Origin: Lytechinus pictus
Lineage: Eukaryota
Length of the DNA: 64,000 nt
Direction: 5' to 3'
Assembly (NCBI RefSeq): GCF_037042905.1
Contig: NC_087252.1
Location: 930,001 to 994,000, forward strand
The notes beneath the pieces are model-generated. The model searched no databases. It worked only from the letters and a program-made list of their open reading frames with translations, and had not been told where the DNA came from. Shown piece after piece: positions 50,701 through 59,840 of this stretch. The position numbers and the translations under genes were made by a program. Numbering within the stretch: position 1 is the stretch's first letter; each line of letters starts with the position of its first letter.

Positions 50701-51565
50701 CGTCTTGTATGATAGTTTACCCCCCATGGTCGTTGGAGGTGTCCCATGCGTAGTCCTCCCAACAACTATGAAATTTAGTATTCTTAATATATACATGTAA
50801 ACAGGAAATGCATGATGAATATGTCACCCGTTTTTGGAGAGGAAGATCTTTTAATTTTAATAATTAACCTTTATCATTTTCCTCTTCATCCATGTGGCTC
50901 TTCTTGTCCGAATACTTGTATGTATTTATATATTTTTTGATAAGGCAAATAAATATCAGTAGTGACAGAATATGCTTCATAACAAAATGTACAAGATTTA
51001 AAGTTCAGATTCATGAAACTTTAGCATGTGCATGAGTGATACAGATATATTACACTAAATTCCAAGGGAAGGGAGGCCTTGGATGTCCTCAAGCAGCCTC
51101 TATAAACCTGTGCATTATTTGTTTTATTGTTGTTTCTGTAAAGGTAAATGAAGATGATTTAATCTATGCTTCATAACAAAATGTACAAGATTTGAAGTTC
51201 AGATTCATGCATGTGTGATACAGATATATTACACTTAATTCCAAGGGAAGGGAGGCCTTGGATGCCCTCAAGCAGCTGCTATAAACCTGTGCATTATTTG
51301 TTTTATTGTTACTTCACAGGTAAATGAAGATGGTTTAATCTATGCTGAGGTGGCTCACATCAAGAGTCATCCCAATGACCAACCGCCGATCAGAACGGAG
51401 GAAGCAACCATCTATGCATCCCTGGACTTCAACAAGATGGATGATGTGAAGAAACAGCAGAAGCAACCCGTTGTAGACTCCAACAGGAATGCCGAAGACT
51501 GCCCTGAGAAAGAAGCGCTTATCTACGAGAACGTCACGCCTCAAGGATTACCCGTCTCGCCTTGA
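27673..51565 (+). CDS. Nephrin/echinoid-like type I Ig-superfamily receptor (SP-7xIg-FN3-2Cys module-TM-tyrosine motif tail), 18 coding exons, ~1125 aa
   Basis: Hand-spliced join(27673-27748,28161-28502,29770-30111,31030-31362,35073-35381,35983-36099,38848-39048,39196-39483,40182-40493,40972-41133,41598-41723,42110-42130,42612-42839,44045-44176,44859-44883,45889-45941,50454-50518,51320-51565). All introns GT..AG, phases compatible, total 3378 nt, open to TGA. Ig motifs (C..W..D.G.Y.C; NPP/NPA C2-set), FN3 WQPGYDGG, hydrophobic TM followed by RR. Confidence 0.88.
28161..28502 (+). CDS. IgSF receptor exon 2: Ig1 (V-set-like)
   Basis: Polypyrimidine tract + cag acceptor; VKEGETVTLVC..LSW..LTIRDVTLEDDNEYQC; gtgagt donor. 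Confidence 0.93.
28569..29129. mobile_element. TTAA-target MITE, family C
   Basis: AGGGGAATCCAA ... GATTCCCCT|ttaa; colinear with 46044-46590. Confidence 0.8.
29770..30111 (+). CDS. IgSF receptor exon 3: Ig2 (C2-set)
   Basis: tctag acceptor; VPP..YTITC..ANPPADLEW..VTCEATHPAL..LDVQ; gtacgt donor; 342 nt, phase 1-1. Confidence 0.92.
31030..31362 (+). CDS. IgSF receptor exon 4: Ig3 (C2-set)
   Basis: cctctag acceptor; VPPENV..TITC..TRPASAITWY..LRCQA..LSVD; gtatgt donor; 333 nt. Confidence 0.92.
31414..31692 (+). mobile_element. tRNA-derived SINE, full length
   Basis: A box TGGCCCAGTGG, degenerate B box GGTTTAGAATCC, core CACTCAACCCAGGTG..AATGGGTACC, (ATT)n tail; homologous copies elsewhere in the window. 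Confidence 0.8.
31750..32551 (-). mobile_element. Second tRNA-derived SINE interrupted by a TTAA MITE
   Basis: Minus-strand A box TAGCTCAGTCGGTAGAG and B box GGGTTCGATTTCC at about 32485-32545; the body resumes on the other side of the MITE. Confidence 0.55.
31836..32419. mobile_element. TTAA-target (Kolobok-like) MITE, near-perfect palindrome
   Basis: ttga|AGGGATGGTCCGGACTGAAA ... TTTCAGCCCGGACCATCCCT|ttaa; inverted arms about 200 nt. Confidence 0.8.
33675..33802. mobile_element. Small Harbinger-like MITE (related ends at about 12474-12748, 46849-47177, 47572-47717)
   Basis: ctg|GGGCCCGTAACACAAAACTTAGC ... GCTAACCCTTGTGTTACAGGCCC|ctg. Confidence 0.65.
34638..35012. repeat. (ATC)n microsatellite tracts
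   Basis: Imperfect ATC/ATT runs either side of the duplicated exon-5 start. Confidence 0.9.
35073..35381 (+). CDS. IgSF receptor exon 5: Ig4 (C2-set)
   Basis: GPPDPPVISG..SITCEADNGHPSPSFQWF..DNGLALQCNV; gtgagt donor; 309 nt. Confidence 0.92.
35983..36099 (+). CDS. IgSF receptor exon 6: Ig5 N-half
   Basis: ccttag acceptor; YCPTTV..MVCRSGASNPASNLVW; G|GTATAA donor; 117 nt. Confidence 0.85.
37230..37780 (+). mobile_element. 3' end of CR1/L2-clade LINE (ORF2 C-terminus, 3' UTR, (ATTGA)n tail)
   Basis: HSYSTR..L..KT..S..RGIKLWNDL..IK..TLNKF is the typical CR1/L2-group ORF2 C-terminal motif. Confidence 0.7.
38582..38736. mobile_element. Small MITE
   Basis: GTGTCAGTGCAAGAACACCCTTAGCA / TGTTAAGGATGTTCTTGCACTGACAC. 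Confidence 0.65.
38848..39048 (+). CDS. IgSF receptor exon 7: Ig5 C-half, Cys-rich
   Basis: tgcag acceptor; TLTYMRNFTKQDYRQSFKCC..PNVK; gtgagt donor; 201 nt. Confidence 0.85.
39196..39483 (+). CDS. IgSF receptor exon 8: Ig6 (I-set)
   Basis: YAPEEP..FTCQAEGNPRPALTW..HAGVYKCIANN; gtaagt donor; 288 nt. Confidence 0.93.
39553..39734 (-). mobile_element. 7SL-like-head SINE, diverged copy 2 (intron 8)
   Basis: Minus strand ACTGGGTATTGAGGCATGCACCTGTCACCCATGCTAGGTGGGAA..CAAATTGATGC..GTTCGAAC..GACATTAAATGTCGATCCCAGAAGTAAATAAT..(CA)n, colinear with copy 1. Confidence 0.7.
40182..40493 (+). CDS. IgSF receptor exon 9: Ig7 (I-set)
   Basis: FPPTI..ATLSCVVKGNPSIEVNW..DHGNYRCTANNTIG; gtaagt donor; 312 nt. 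Confidence 0.93.
40530..40930. mobile_element. Two partial tRNA-SINE copies in opposite orientation (about 40530-40655 minus, 40745-40930 plus)
   Basis: cgagctgcctttcagc..ggtacc and ccagccatggc..tgtgctgcactcaacccag match the family. Confidence 0.6.
40972..41133 (+). CDS. IgSF receptor exon 10: FN3 N-half
   Basis: SKPEPPTSL..YWQPGYDGGVEQSYVIMY, a nephrin/sidestep-type FN3 motif; 162 nt. Confidence 0.9.
41598..41723 (+). CDS. IgSF receptor exon 11: FN3 C-half
   Basis: YLLEELQDFRWYTIIVYAENTNGRS (FN3 L.P...Y...V.A.N..G pattern); 126 nt. Confidence 0.9.
42110..42130 (+). CDS. IgSF receptor exon 12: 21-nt microexon (PLPPSGY)
   Basis: Long pyrimidine tract + tttag acceptor, G|GTGAGT donor, frame-preserving. 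Confidence 0.7.
42612..42839 (+). CDS. IgSF receptor exon 13: membrane-proximal ~76 aa module with 2 Cys
   Basis: tgcag acceptor, open frame with coding-like GC content, G|GTGAGT donor; 228 nt. Confidence 0.8.
42848..43188 (+). repeat. ~43-bp minisatellite, ~8 units
   Basis: TGAGAACTTGAGTTGAATGCAAACTATGAATGCATTTTCTAAT repeated. Confidence 0.85.
44045..44176 (+). CDS. IgSF receptor exon 14: transmembrane segment
   Basis: VTFAIIGIVVFIALVFLVLLLV followed by RRNHMRK stop-transfer; gtaagt donor. Confidence 0.92.
44859..44883 (+). CDS. IgSF receptor exon 15: 25-nt cytoplasmic microexon (LKLPKSSIR)
   Basis: acag acceptor, AG|GTAAGA donor; supplies the phase 1 to 2 change required by the next exon. 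Confidence 0.7.
45615..45785. repeat. (GAT/GGT)n microsatellite
   Basis: Direct reading. Confidence 0.92.
45889..45941 (+). CDS. IgSF receptor exon 16: cytoplasmic (SGPEGQPTNGQSRSFLS)
   Basis: gttag acceptor, G|GTGGGT donor, phase 2 to 1 fits both neighbours. Confidence 0.68.
46044..46590. mobile_element. TTAA-target MITE, family C, copy 2
   Basis: ttaa|AGGGGAATCC ... GGATTCCCCT|ttaa. Confidence 0.8.
49247..49505. repeat. (GACA/GATA)n compound microsatellite
   Basis: Direct reading. Confidence 0.92.
50454..50518 (+). CDS. IgSF receptor exon 17: cytoplasmic, NPVYDDV motif
   Basis: Poly-T + gacag acceptor; DNPVYDDVAKEDFRKSQHEGRM; gtaagt donor, phase 0. Confidence 0.82.
51320..51565 (+). CDS. 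IgSF receptor exon 18: terminal exon with ITIM-like motifs
   Basis: cacag acceptor; VNEDGLIYAEV..TIYASL..LIYENV..VSP*. Confidence 0.88.
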   Translation, partial: VNEDGLIYAEVAHIKSHPNDQPPIRTEEATIYASLDFNKMDDVKKQQKQPVVDSNRNAEDCPEKEALIYENVTPQGLPVSP

Positions 51566-51590
51566 CGTTAAGCCTCCATTAATGACATGA

Positions 51591-51596
51591 AATAAA
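51591..51596 (+). promoter_or_regulatory. Candidate proximal polyadenylation signal AATAAA (distal candidate at 58333-58338)
   Basis: AATAAA 25 nt after the stop codon; cannot tell which signal is used. Confidence 0.3.
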
Positions 51597-52110
51597 ATGC
51601 CACAGTTAGCTGATCTTTGCACAGTGGCTCTTGCCAAACAAGCGATGTTAATACCATCTAATCTATAGAATGAAACTTCTTCCTGTAGCTATCCTCCAGA
51701 GTTTTAGCATCAGGGTCGTAAATAGGACAAGCTTACATGTACCATTCATACATTGTACTGTCTAATGTTGTGACAAGATTGTTTCCTTGTGGATATGGGA
51801 TTCTTACTTTCGCAATGACTTGATCAAAAGATAGCGGTGCTGGCTGCAAATCTATAGAAACTTATATTCTTCCATGAATGATTGAAGAATGCAGCTGAAA
51901 CAATGGATGTTCTCTGTGTACATGTACCTTCTGGTTTTTGCATGGTTCCATCTTTAGATCAAAGTCAACTCGGTAAGGACTATTGGATTAAGCTATTGAC
52001 GGAAGGAGTTACAGGTTTTATATGCTACAGTAGACCCTTGCTATTGCTTTTTTTGTTTACTTGCCAACAGAAACATGTAATCTGAATAAAAAGCAAAGAG
52101 GATTCATGAA

Positions 52111-52510
52111 CCAACAGTGCAGAAAGTGAAGGAACAAGATTCGGGATCAGTCTGTTACAGTAGACCTGAGGCAGGCTCGTTGCTGGCTTCTGAGCAGCGA
52201 CTTAAGATCTTCCACATCTCAAACATAAGCGGGGCCATGCCAACCAACAGTGCACATAGTGAAGGAACAGGATAATTCTGTTACTGTAGACCTGAGACAG
52301 GCTCGTTACTAACTTCCGAAGACTTGAGACCTTACTTCCACATCTCAAACAGAAGTTGGGCCATGCCAGAACAACAGTGCAGAAAGTGAAGGAAATGGAT
52401 TTAGGAGCAGTCTGTTCAGTAGACCTGATGTGGGCTTGTTGCTGACATCCAAACAGTTACTTCTTCTACATCTCAAAAGAAGTTGGGCCATGCCTACCAA
52501 CAGTGCAGAT
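52111..52510 (+). repeat. Diverged ~130-bp tandem repeat, 3 units plus partial
   Basis: CAACAGTGCAGAAAGTGAAGGAA..AGTAGACCTGA..CACATCTCAAA..GGGCCATGCC units at 52111, 52244, 52371, 52497. Confidence 0.85.
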
Positions 52511-53538
52511 AGTACGATTGTAATGTTGTTTGTTTGTATCTGTAAATGTTTGTAACTCAGTCTGGTATTGTTGTATATTTGCCTAGTATGTGAAGAGGAG
52601 TCTTAAGATGTAGGACAGAACGCAGAAAAATTCTTGAACAAAGGTCGATTATACATGTAGATGGTCAAAATTATATGAATTTATAAATAGCTAATATATT
52701 ATGACAGCATTACGCAATTTCCATTTTTTATACCAAACAAAACGTACGTGTACAGACTGTTATTAACTGTTATGTTGAAACGTCCATGATCGTGTGTATT
52801 TTGAAATGAAAGTGTAGGATAGAGTATATTTTATGACATCGTAGTTGATTCATGCCAGAGAGTTCAAATGATAATAAATGTTTAGAAATAAAATGTAGAA
52901 TCCATCTAGTACATGTAGCTTTAGGAGAGGTGATTGTAGATTTCATGTACATTTATTCTTACATGTGCAGAAACTAGTCCATATTTCTAATAATGGAGCT
53001 AAGAACAGTACCCTGTTTGTTCAGAGTAATTAATTGTAACCATGCCTATAACTCACTGGCCCGTATTCTGAAATCGGGTTTAATTTATACTCTGGTTTAA
53101 AGTTGTGATTTAACTATGGATAGCCAATATTGGCATAACTCTGTAACTGTATAGTTTCAATGTATCAGCTCATTTTTCTCTCATAGCATTCTTAACTGTT
53201 TCGGAGGGACAAGTAAGACAGCTTTCTTCACCATTCACAAGTTAGGAAAGAGCACAGTAAACATAAGAAATATGCAATGTAAACAAAATTTTGACATTTT
53301 TGGCTTTTCATAATTTTAGCAGAGTAAGACCATGGTCTAACTTAAACCTGACTTCAGAATACGGGCCCTAATGAACAAATGTTTGCAATCAATTATGTAG
53401 TTAGTTGTATCTATTACATACTATCAACAAAAAATTATAATCCATTGTGTAATTAACTGCAATGATGAGTCTTTGACACACTATGAACAAACAGTTCCCA
53501 ATTGATTATTTTGTAATTTGTTGTAACTGGGGCTATAG

Positions 53539-53981
53539 CAGACCTGCCAAACCAGTACGTTTTAGCCGTATTTAGTACGTTTTTGCAACCAAAATACGGC
53601 AGTACGTTTTTTCTTTGAAAAATACGTTTTTTGAAGAAAAAAAATTAAAACTAAATCGTAATTTATTTTAAAAAAATAATCTCTATATGTCTCTATTTCA
53701 TAAAACGTGCACAAATATGGTTATTAGATCAATGTAATTTCAGGTAACTTGTTTTTTTTTTTTCAATCATTTTGTTCAAACCAGGTGAAGATATACACAT
53801 GTTTTAATGTTGTTTTTTTTTCATCTGCAAGAGCAGTGCGCATTTTAGTTTGCATGCAGCTTGAGCGCCGCGATGAGCGAGTGCGCCAAGCATTTTATTA
53901 TGAAATACACTTTTTTGGGGAAAAATACAGTTTTTTTTATCACAGAATACAGTTTTTCATTCCCAGAGGTTGGCAGGTCTG
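53539..53981. mobile_element. TIR element with 6-bp TSD
   Basis: ctatag|CAGACCTGCCAA ... TTGGCAGGTCTG|ctatag. Confidence 0.75.
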
Positions 53982-56091
53982 CTATAGCATGCTATGAACA
54001 AAAAAGTTGCAATCATGATTACACAATGGGTTGGAATAACAAGTTGCAATTAATTGCATGATTCATTGTAAGTGTGAGTCTATTTTACGATGTGAACACA
54101 AACTTACAATCAATAATGATTAATCGTAACTGTAAGTGTATGTTGTAATATGAACAAAAAATTATGATCAGTTGTATGTATCAATTGTACCTCTGTTTTA
54201 TTGTGCTCTGAGGATCTTCATATATTGATTATTGTGAGCAGATCGTTCTGATGATTTTGATATTTTTGCAGCTCAACGATTTGCTGCTTGCCGTACAAAT
54301 TTTGTCTTCCAGCCTTTTGATCAGATTTTCATTGCCTTGCTCAATTATCCTTATCAAATATGGCCGATACTCAGCGACAAAGCTCACCGATATCAACTAT
54401 CAATATCAAAAATTTCATTCCACGTATCCTGATGTTCTGTGAGGGGGTTCCTCCAGTGCAACCAGCTCGTCATCATGTTCCAGCATTAAATACTCTCAGT
54501 TGTCAAATTTTCTACTGCCCAAATCAATAAAGGATTGTGGACACAATTAAAGAAAATCTGTAGAGCTAGAGAGATAGTTAAATTATCATTTTCCCAATCA
54601 GCTGAGCTAACTAGCTCTAATTAGCATTGACCTGCTGCCGCCTAACTGCTACTGGAAGTGCATGTCCAAACCAGGAATGTTGATATTGATGATTGATATC
54701 GCAGAGTATAAGCTATATGCGATAAGGAAAATTTAAAAAGAAATCTTCTTTGCTGCTATCCTTGATGTATGTGATGTACATGGACGAATCTAAACACCCG
54801 TACTCAGCTTCACTTCTCTGTACAAACTCAATCAAATAGAATAAGAGGCATCAAAGAAATATTTTAGAGACAAGGGGCAGTTTTGTTGTTGGGAGGGGAA
54901 TAAATGATGATGTGTGCAGATCAAATCATTAAAAAATATTATTGCAAATAGAACTCAGAACTTCATTTTAAAAAATCGTTTTAAAAGATGACATAATTAA
55001 ATCATGCATGACGTCACAAGTTTTTCCTAGACAGTTTGGAGATGAGTTTTGTAGACTTCAGAAAAGTGATTTTTTTTCCTCCGCACCACATTGTAACCCC
55101 ATGTAGAATATCACTCTGTGCTATTGAACCATATCTAAAGGAGACTTTAGGCTCAAATCACTGAGGTGGTTCTGGAACCATGAATTTAAAAAAAATGCAG
55201 GTTTCATGATTTAGTTACACTTTGAACAGCAACAGTGTCGATGAACGTCCTAGAGTAACTGCATTTTTCTTTTTTCAGAGGGAGCTAAATTGATTCCTTT
55301 TACTTTGGTTTTGGGGGTACCAAACTTCTATATGTTCATATTTACTATTAATAATTTTGTTTAAAATGGTGCATGTATATTTATAAGGTCCTGAAGAGTT
55401 ACTACTAGCAGTGATTAGAGTCATTGCGATATCGCCTAAACTTGCCTTGTACAGAGAGGGTTCCTACATGTATGTACTTACAGGAAAAGAGATAGATTGA
55501 ATTTTTTTTAAAGGGATAATTTGCCCTGTAAAAGAAATTGAACAAAAATTCTAAAGAAATCTCTGTAAATTGCAGACAGCCTGCGATTGATTAGAATTAG
55601 ATTTAACACAAATTATTCTTTAAATGAACAGGAAAGCAGTAAAATACTCATTGTCAAGAAAATCATAATTTTTCTCTGATTGATTTATAATTAATATCAT
55701 TGTTCTTGCGATGCGTGTATTTGCACAACTCTACGCACAACTCAACATTAAAAACAAGCTGATATTTTTTGTAACATCTTAATGTAATGATATTTTTTAT
55801 TTATCAAATATGTATACCTGTTACAGCCCCAAAGGCTTCAGTAATCATAAGTGACAGTTCATCTATAATATTATACTGAGAATTAAATTGATTTTTTTTT
55901 CCTTGATCAGTGCACAAAACTAACTGTTCAGATTTAGCAAGAGGCTGGATGGTATGGAGTAATAGAATTCAACTCTGCACAATTGAAATTGCGATTGTTA
56001 AATGTACTTACTCTCAGTGGTCTCCTGTTTGTTACAAATAGCCTAAAAATTGAAATAATTTGCCATTCAATTTTCTGTACTTTCCTACTTC

Positions 56092-56520
56092 CGCTGATTT
56101 GGTTTACGGCACACCATGTGGAGTATTAGAGAACAGTGGATAGAAGAAGAAAAAGAAATAGAAATGGATAGGCGAGAAAGTGGAATTTGAGAGTAGAGTT
56201 ATCTTTCTTGGATGCAGTCCTGAAAAGGACTGTAAACCAGAAAAGATTGATGAGTTGAAAACAGCTTGAGTAGTGGTTGCTCTGCTCTACTGCTTCTACT
56301 CATCATCTCTACTCGCCGACTCAAGCCAGCATCTCATCCATCTCACTACTCAAGCTGTATTCAACTCATCAATCTCTTCTGGTTTACAGTCCTGTTCAGG
56401 ACTACATTCAAGAAAGATTACTCAACTCTCAAATTTCCACTTTCTCGCCTATCCATTTATTTTTCTTCTATCCACTGTTTCTATAATACTCCACATGGTG
56501 TACCGTAAACCACATCAGCG
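56092..56520. repeat. Long inverted repeat, ~180-nt arms, ~67-nt spacer
   Basis: CGCTGATTTGGTTTACGGCACACCATGTGGAG..CAGCTTGAGTAGTG / CACTACTCAAGCTG..CTCCACATGGTGTACCGTAAACCACATCAGCG. Confidence 0.9.
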
Positions 56521-59296
56521 ATTGTACATGCCACCATGCAAACCTTCAAACAACATCTGATTTTCTTCATTGTTGTTAAATCAACTATATTAAATTTCAC
56601 TGACAGTGCTTCATTGACCATATAATGACCTTAGAATTTTTGAACCAAAGAGTTTTAACCTGTGAAGTTAAAAATATGATTATGTATTTGTATTTTGATA
56701 TGAATATTTATGATGTGTGCAGAACTTAGTCATTGTATTGCTGATAACAATCTTGCCATTCTTTGGTGTGAGCTGAACAGTAAAGTACAAGATATATTTC
56801 ATGTGCTGATATATTTTCTTTAACCCTTTGCTTACCATGCTTACTGGAACAGGGTGATCCTGTACACAGCTAATGGGAATTACATGATTCAGAAGTTAGC
56901 ATGGCCCATTTCATACAGCTGTTTGTGATTTACGCATAACTTGTGACCATTTCTTGTGCTAAATGATCTACCTATGAAAATGATTTAGTGCCTAAGAACA
57001 GGTTTCAGTCGTGTGTAAAGTTGTGCATAACTTTACGAACAGCTTTATGAAACACCTTCCAGGTTAAGTAGAGTTTAATAGCTTTCCCACTCTTTATGAG
57101 AGCTAGGGAATCATTTTGAATAGTAATGTTTCATACTGTTAAGTTATTACAATGTTAGTCATTAAAATCAGGTTTTGAATTGGTGCACTTCACTTTTTAC
57201 TATGCATTTTCTCCGCTCGTTGAGGAGTATTTCTGTAATGCACAACTTCACAGAGGCTCAAAAATATTCCCAGTAAAAAATATATAAAGTCTCTCCCTAG
57301 GGAAATGGAGATGACACGTGTACTCATTAAACAATGCCCACATGTTGAGCAGCTTTTGAATTTGTCAGCATATCTTTCAAACATTCTCATCTGTGTCAAA
57401 TACATATTACTGCTGAACATTCTTATGTCAAAAAAAGTACATTCCAGATATTAACAGGACCATTATGCTGTTGGATACTTCGTTTAACATCCATGTTATT
57501 ATTTTTATGAGGTAAGTTTATTTAATATGAAGTTAGAAGTTGGAACATTTTGTATGTAATAGGTTCGTGGAAAAAAATCACTTTCATATTTATGAACTAG
57601 ACTGTGAGCTTTATGATGTGTCCTTTATGGAACTCCTCTGACTAAAGAAATGTACATTCTTTTCTAATTTGTGCCTAAATTAACTATTTGTACCATGTCT
57701 TAATTTGTTTCCTACTACATACTCTACCTTGAACAGTGTTCTACATACTATCATGTATCGCAATGTCATGTGAACAATTACTCATCTACCATTTAAGGGG
57801 GAGACTATAGTCTTCTTTTATAGTCTTCTTTCTTCTTTATTCCCTTTTCTTCTATTATCCACTTTTTCTTTTATTTTCAACACTTAAAAAGTCATAGGGG
57901 GAAGGTCACCCAGCCCCCCCTCCCACCCAGCCCCCGTTGTACTACTTAAATGTGACTCCCTCTTATAACAGTTAAAAAATTAGATGACTTTTTGCTTCGT
58001 CACATATTGAATCATTTTTGTTGGCATTTGTTTATGACTAATTACATGCACATTTGCGTCTGGAATCTTAATGAAGTAATATATGAAAGGGTAATCCATG
58101 TTAAACTGGAAGAGTGCATAGGTTTTTTTCCTACTCTTTGATTATATGTACATTTCACGCTTATTTGTGGTCTCAAAATATTTCATTCTTGACATTTTTT
58201 GCACTAGTATTTTGTTCCGTTATGCAAGGTATACATATTCCAATTGAGTAGCTGATATTTTCTATCCTATTCTTTGTGTAAAGAAACATTGCAATCATTC
58301 CTTTATAAATGATGTGTATTTAAATATTTGACAATAAAATATACAAAGAGAATGCTGTGTAAATGTTATAGTATTTGAGAAATGTTCCTCAAGGGTTAGT
58401 TCACTCTGACAAGTTTGTTGTAAAAATACCAGAGAAATTATAATAATATCGGTTGAAGGATTGAAGAAAATCTATCAAAAATTAGGAAAATTTTGGGTTT
58501 CTTTATTTGTTACGTCATATACCGCTGCTGCTTCAACTTTTGTCAAGGTGAATTTCCCCTTTAATTTGATAATGTTTGCGATTAGAAATATATGTCGTTA
58601 TTTAGTCTGCTGTGAAAACCCTTTAGTCGAGTTAAAGGGTCTGAATGTAAAGCATATAATGGCTTGTGTACTAAAGGCAATCGCGCTGTTTTATATGTTC
58701 TAGTCTTTGTGTGGAGACCAGGCGCGGTTCTAGACTATGATTTTTTACTTTTTTTTTTGGGGGGGGGGGTGCTTGAGAAATTTTCGACTTAGGTTTATTC
58801 TAATACATTGAAAATGGCCTATTGTGGGTAGCCTTATACTGACAAAGCAGCTCCCCCCCCCCCCCCCCGTATAAAAACATTCCTAATATCATGCGTGAGA
58901 GCATAGCGACCGAGCAAACAAAAACCACACATTTTGAAAGGCTAGAGAATTTATCATTTATATCATGATACGGGCCTGATGGGTGTGTGTAGATGAGAGT
59001 GCTGAGGGGGTAGGACTGGTATTCAGGAAATAGGTTTGTGTTGTTACTCTCTCCAGGCGTTTATTCCACAAAATTTTGAGACTTTAAACATAAAAAGGTA
59101 TAATAAAACATGGCGAGAGATGGGGTTTTATAAATGCCAATGACACCCAATAAAAATATTACGAGGGAATGTTTTGACAAGGGAGAAAATGTTTGAACCT
59201 TGCATTTGCAGCACTTAAAGAACTTTTATGTTTGAAAAAACATCTGAAAGCGCTATTAAACCATCAAACTTGACATAAAATACCATTAAAGATATG

Positions 59297-59609
59297 GGCC
59301 CGTATTCTGATAGCAGGTTTAACTTAAACTCAGGTTTAAAGTTGTGGTTTAAGTATAGATAGCCATTTGTTACATAAATCACTAACAGTAGAGATATCAT
59401 ATACTTCAGCTCATTTGGCTCTCAAATCATTCATGATTGTCTTGGAAGTATAAATACATGATTGTCTTCACCATCGATGAATCAGGAAAGAGCACAGTAA
59501 ACATAAGAAACATACAACTTAATAAAAAAATTGATACTTTTGGCTTCCCATACTCAAACTACAACTTTAAACCTGAGTTTAAGTTAAACCTGCTATCAGA
59601 ATACGGGCC
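59297..59609. mobile_element. Harbinger-like MITE (copy at 53058-53367)
   Basis: GGCCCGTATTCTGATAGCAGGTTTAACTTAAACTCAGG TIRs; 3-bp ATG TSD. Confidence 0.8.
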
Positions 59610-59840
59610 ATGAAGTTGTAATTTTTTGGAGTACTTTACAAGAAAAATTCTGCATTATAATTTTGCGCGCAAGCGCGCCTAAAATTTGGGGTATTGTCCT
59701 CTCGCCACACAAAACATGGAGAGACATTCCTGACTTTAAACTATGTGTTTTAACAGTTTAGCCTCAATCGGGGACTGGGAGTATATAGCGACAGTCATTT
59801 AAATATCCTAAAGAATGACAAAATTTCGGAGCGCTTTTAA

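Noticed and set aside
54190..54780. Possible LINE ORF1 remnant on the minus strand
   Set aside because: Only a vague coiled-coil-like translation with multiple stops and no diagnostic motif
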